DNA of 62,886 bases, filler included, from Aduncisulcus paluster (lineage: Eukaryota): the NCBI GenBank assembly GCA_024181965.1. It is 8 parts of 8 records of this genome, joined end to end, with 100 filler letters (N's around TTAATTAATTAA, not from the genome) between each part and the next. Parts side by side here need not be neighbours in the genome. Positions count along the whole stretch, not along the records: positions 56,292 to 62,886 come from BQXS01012355.1; 7 more parts are not named here. The stretch is one strand, 5' to 3'. Shown here in pieces: positions 60,101-62,886 of this stretch (positions within the stretch are counted from its first letter, which is position 1; each line of letters starts with the position of its first letter). The notes beneath the pieces were generated by a model. It did no database searches, was not told the origin of the DNA, and saw only the letters and a program-made list of their open reading frames with translations. The position numbers and the translations under genes are program-made.

Positions 60101-61270
60101 AAATAATTGATATATGGCATTCGAAACCTGAGGTTGTGACGACGTTCTTGAGGAAAATATCGAGTGAGAAAGTTGGGGAGATATCAGAGCATAGTGCATC
60201 ATGGTGGCATATCGAAGGAAAGGGTCAGGAACAACGCCTGAGGGAACAAAGGGATCGAAGGAACCTTTAAGACCCAAAGAGGCTTGGGAATGGTCAGAAA
60301 CAATGGATGAGATATGCTGTGAAGCCCGAGAAGCTATCATGGAAGTGGCAGTGTCTAAGAGAGAAGCGGAGGAATGAAAATGACGATGAGAAGGTTGATC
60401 TGGAATCGCTTCATCAGGATCTCCCCACATTTCTTTTTCTAATCGTTTCTCTTGTTCTTCAAGTTGCTTTGATCCACTTCGAACAAAGGCCTTCTCACGC
60501 TCTTGTCTTTGGACATCTCTATAAGAAATGGGTTTGTGAACTTCGTTTTTACGTTCTCGAAACTGCTCTTCTAATGCATTCTTCCGGCGTTCCTCGTCTA
60601 TTTTCATATTTTCAGCATGAATACGAAGTCTTTCTTCTTCTCTTTTCTGTCGATCTGTTTCATGTCGTTTAATTTCAGCTTCACGCCATTCATTTGCCTC
60701 TTTCTTTATCCTTTTCTCTTTTTCTATCTGTTTTTGTTTTGTTTCTTCTATGATGCGTTTTCTTTCCATGGCATTTCGCTTATCTTGCTCTCTTTTTGCC
60801 TCCCTCTTTGCCTCCCTCTCAAATCGAATAGCCGAAAGCTTAACAAGCTCATTTTGTGGACTTTCAATCATAACTTTAACCACATCATCAAGTTTAATGA
60901 CCATTTCATGCCATTCGTATGAATGTCGGATACGGGTAATCGCGAAGGACATGGACTTGTGTGAGCCATCTTTTAAATAGAAAACAAGACGAAGAGACTT
61001 TGTATTAACACAATCATATAGACAAATGTAGATTTTGAACAATGAATGTGGTACAAAGAAAGGAACAGTCAAGGATAGAAATTCAATACCAAATCTTCCC
61101 TCAAGAAAATCACGAATAGTATACCTTGGTGATATTAAAGTTCCAAATGCATTTAAAATATCTATTTTACACGATCGATCCGTAGATAATGATATAGGAG
61201 GTTGAAATTGTTCTTGATGCGATAACTCATCAATAAAACTACATTTCCGAACAAATACAGTTTTAATCAT
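57104..61270 (-). CDS. Large hypothetical protein with a lineage-type beta domain, a coiled coil and EK repeats
   Basis: 1388-aa ORF. N-terminal FLSLTVPF...IYICL...YEWHEMVIKLDDVVKVMIE segment, followed by a charged coiled coil. Confidence 0.8.
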   Translation of the reverse strand: MIKTVFVRKCSFIDELSHQEQFQPPISLSTDRSCKIDILNAFGTLISPRYTIRDFLEGRFGIEFLSLTVPFFVPHSLFKIYICLYDCVNTKSLRLVFYLKDGSHKSMSFAITRIRHSYEWHEMVIKLDDVVKVMIESPQNELVKLSAIRFEREAKREAKREQDKRNAMERKRIIEETKQKQIEKEKRIKKEANEWREAEIKRHETDRQKREEERLRIHAENMKIDEERRKNALEEQFRERKNEVHKPISYRDVQRQEREKAFVRSGSKQLEEQEKRLEKEMWGDPDEAIPDQPSHRHFHSSASLLDTATSMIASRASQHISSIVSDHSQASLGLKGSFDPFVPSGVVPDPFLRYATMMHYALISPQLSHSIFSSRTSSQPQVSNAIYQLFRMHGSHHIPILKGHYSVLFLGACVLWNIGKRVRDRWISWICDRIEAEDKESNPKFEQGGKRRSSMSVRPSYCGDIEIPNPNDVRPSLILSLLPPAFRKLPTFLLYEIEREYIRRKRSSEEKPRSSTEPSKDDLPFIQSDLSETNTLFTKNKHIWDPIKSCPFMSSPFQATSAPASLDSSWCFSSLLDVGRSLSSIYQMSPSSPFPVNTLYVLYSVPLMYNVDLSKKGSKGKVGEEEEGVRKEDQCREREKDTRSHFVSRGAKEEEDYTIPSIDADLQHLEDQMFDLTDEMLKTEKKLLKSGWTTDDNTALQKSLASSLILSHFPHQCSVCVCEIKRQFQKDDVQWVQYLEAMKGMLVPGTICSVHIDSAALLDESTIFDLRHHKGKADVKLVCGVVICSADDIRISAGPSNRYPTLRVWILVEDYLLPEFSDTWKEKWANIWDTSRIYSKNAFASVINPNERVSPIYPVSLNNDTSKLGIFRCLRLSSPFDDYAQERLFRSSEQAILPFLTISSIFFPSPLTLAKVSTRSVSRQKWKLSGSGTGDEKIKKMCERSFYENDSIILFYELSLALLSPKSIEILTNEVVGAKRFIMDIWKSEREKEKEKEEEREKEKEKEEEREREKEKKSSEAEESDARVDELVLDTSVKVTKGIDEVPTVCICVCDMCSDDDIQLISDSLSISGTLDQCSIIRASEWHPGIKEDIRIIHGVTSLEQHCFDELSASCANCMLIIRNSSPLQMPKKYYDKQHVFARPFDDLIAMKISDAKRVELSKTILCASRIIIESSPFICFFLEPYFGIPLNVSWKEFISKLFNSVIETNTKKIDKHKYIDSKMWRVKRVTSFRDLVLLLTILCLKLLKDHEQIGMVGVSNIGQLSLFPAIYNRVEQFSFPLSSGMFKYVVIGELKEPVLIHRIMCASEMAFLYDPDDTLKEDMKISTINLSECRTEALMLAELEKKEEMSRLQSSATATGDGGFVPVQKAAAPVRKKTKRIRRKYER

Positions 61271-61856
61271 ATAAAAACTCAGAAATTGTTAATAATGACC
61301 AATAAGAAATCTTTAATGCGGGGGAAACTGCCACTGGCAGTTTCAAATCCAGTGGATTTTCTTTGTCTTGACATTTGAAATTGTAATATCGACTCTATTT
61401 TGATAGATTTTATGGCGATTTTTCACCATATTGGAAAAGAATGAAATGAAATAGAGATTCTAAAATTTTCACTCACCTCATCTGCTATTGAGGGTAAATG
61501 AGGCTTCAAGAATTAAATCATATCTAATATTCACAGTATTGAAATAAAATGATAAGAAAATTCTATTTTAGATAATATCATTCCACAATATGTGTCAGAA
61601 ATTCAAAGAAGGTCTAACTATCCGATTACATTGGTTCACGCTATTATTGATCCATGACAATTATTAATATTTTATATAAGTTATGTTATGTATGGTTAAG
61701 TTTTGATTAATTAATATTTTAAGGCAGATAATTTGTTTTTTTCTGTTTTGATTACATCAACAATTATTGAAGACCTATTAACTCATTATTTTTGATATAA
61801 GACTAATATTGATTTATATTTATTAACTTTTTATTGCGTTTAAGTTGTCATTCCGA

Positions 61857-62886
61857 ATGCAAGTTACTTCTCATGTTGATCCTGATTCCTCATCACCTCC
61901 AGTTTCTCATGCTCACCATAGCGACTTTTCCATTATTAATATGAATTCTCATCAATCCATGCCATCCATTTCTGGATCAATTTGTGATGATGGAATTGAA
62001 TCTTCTCAATCTCATGAAGAAGCTCCTCATTACTTTCGAAGTCTACCTTCTGGGCCCATTGAAGATAGTTCTTCAACATTAGCGTTGTCAAAAATGCCCT
62101 CATTACCCCAATTTCCTCTTGATCATCAGCGTTTTCCGAAACAAATGTCAAGAGTTCAATCCCATGGAAGTCTTCATACTTCTTCCCAGTCGCGTTATCC
62201 GTCATCTCAACAGTATTTATCTGAGGTATCCCCTTCTTTTAATCAAACATTTCCCTCCCGCAGACTTCCCCCCACAGGTTCTCTCAAATCCCATCCAAAT
62301 AATCAAGAAATTCCTTCAGATATGATGCACAGGATCCCCTCGGATCAGATATTTCCATTTCCATCAACCGAAGAGCCTTCAGATCAGGTCTCATACTTCC
62401 CCAGTTTTTCATCTACTGCCCCCATCAAACTTCCCTCACATTCCTCAGTTTATGGGTCTTCTCCATCTAAATCCTCCTCTCCCATTATTCCACCTTCGGG
62501 ATCTTCACATCAATACCCATTTGCATCTTCTCCAAGTCCGATCCCACCTTCTTCCCAGGTTCCCCATTCCACTCAGAGTTTTCCCGTTCATCCACATGGA
62601 ATTGTAACACAATCATCTCTGACTTCCTCTGCCTCCTCCTCAGCCTCGTTATCTATGCCCCCCCTCTCCGCTTCCCATGGCTCAGCATTACATCCGATGC
62701 TATCTTCGTGCGGTCAGCCCAAGAGTCATAGTGCCCGAATTAGTCCACCTAGTCCCATGGATCAGCATCAACCTCCGCACGTTGTTATGCCTATGCAACA
62801 TCCTTCTTATTCCTCAATGACTGCTCCGATTCCTCGTCGGTTCCAACAACCTTCCCAACTCCCTCACCAATCTCCTCATTACTCTC
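61857..62886 (+). CDS. Ser/Pro/His/Gln-rich disordered protein, 3'-partial
   Basis: ATG at 61857 (MQVTSHVDPDSSSPP...). The frame appears open to the window end and is absent from the ORF track because it has no stop. Confidence 0.75.
   Translation, partial: MQVTSHVDPDSSSPPVSHAHHSDFSIINMNSHQSMPSISGSICDDGIESSQSHEEAPHYFRSLPSGPIEDSSSTLALSKMPSLPQFPLDHQRFPKQMSRVQSHGSLHTSSQSRYPSSQQYLSEVSPSFNQTFPSRRLPPTGSLKSHPNNQEIPSDMMHRIPSDQIFPFPSTEEPSDQVSYFPSFSSTAPIKLPSHSSVYGSSPSKSSSPIIPPSGSSHQYPFASSPSPIPPSSQVPHSTQSFPVHPHGIVTQSSLTSSASSSASLSMPPLSASHGSALHPMLSSCGQPKSHSARISPPSPMDQHQPPHVVMPMQHPSYSSMTAPIPRRFQQPSQLPHQSPHYS

Noticed and set aside
61936..62205. 89-aa minus-strand ORF
   Set aside because: Lies antisense to the longer plus-strand ORF starting at 61857.

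Overview
This window is eukaryotic DNA and is not one locus. It consists of eight short contigs joined by seven identical artificial 100-bp linkers (N44-TTAATTAATTAA-N44). The DNA is gene-dense and AT-rich, with short intergenic regions and a few short GTATGT...AG introns near gene 5' ends. Proteins are inflated by poly-Glu and poly-Ser tracts. This style and the lineage-type families suggest an anaerobic fornicate/metamonad protist of the Aduncisulcus/Carpediemonas type, which is an inference from recall and not a search result. Recognisable genes: UTP20, a Ser/Thr kinase fragment, an HHxxxDG acyltransferase, mitochondrial-type cpn60, an LRR protein, AIG1/FAR-17a-like and TLC membrane proteins, a nitroreductase, DNase II, a probable ZIP4/TEX11, SBDS, an LPCAT-like acyltransferase, RIO2, a Nup58-like nucleoporin, an AAA ATPase, GCN5, an MFS transporter and polyubiquitin. 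The most interesting signals are (1) an MFS transporter with an apparent N-terminal acylation motif and calponin-homology domain, (2) recurrent 1-nt-spacer palindromes, often paired, just upstream of genes, (3) a structured non-coding candidate at about 24.9-25.2 kb, (4) ZIP4 as a meiosis marker, and (5) a cpn60 with no presequence. No CRISPR array, rRNA, tRNA or mobile element was seen.
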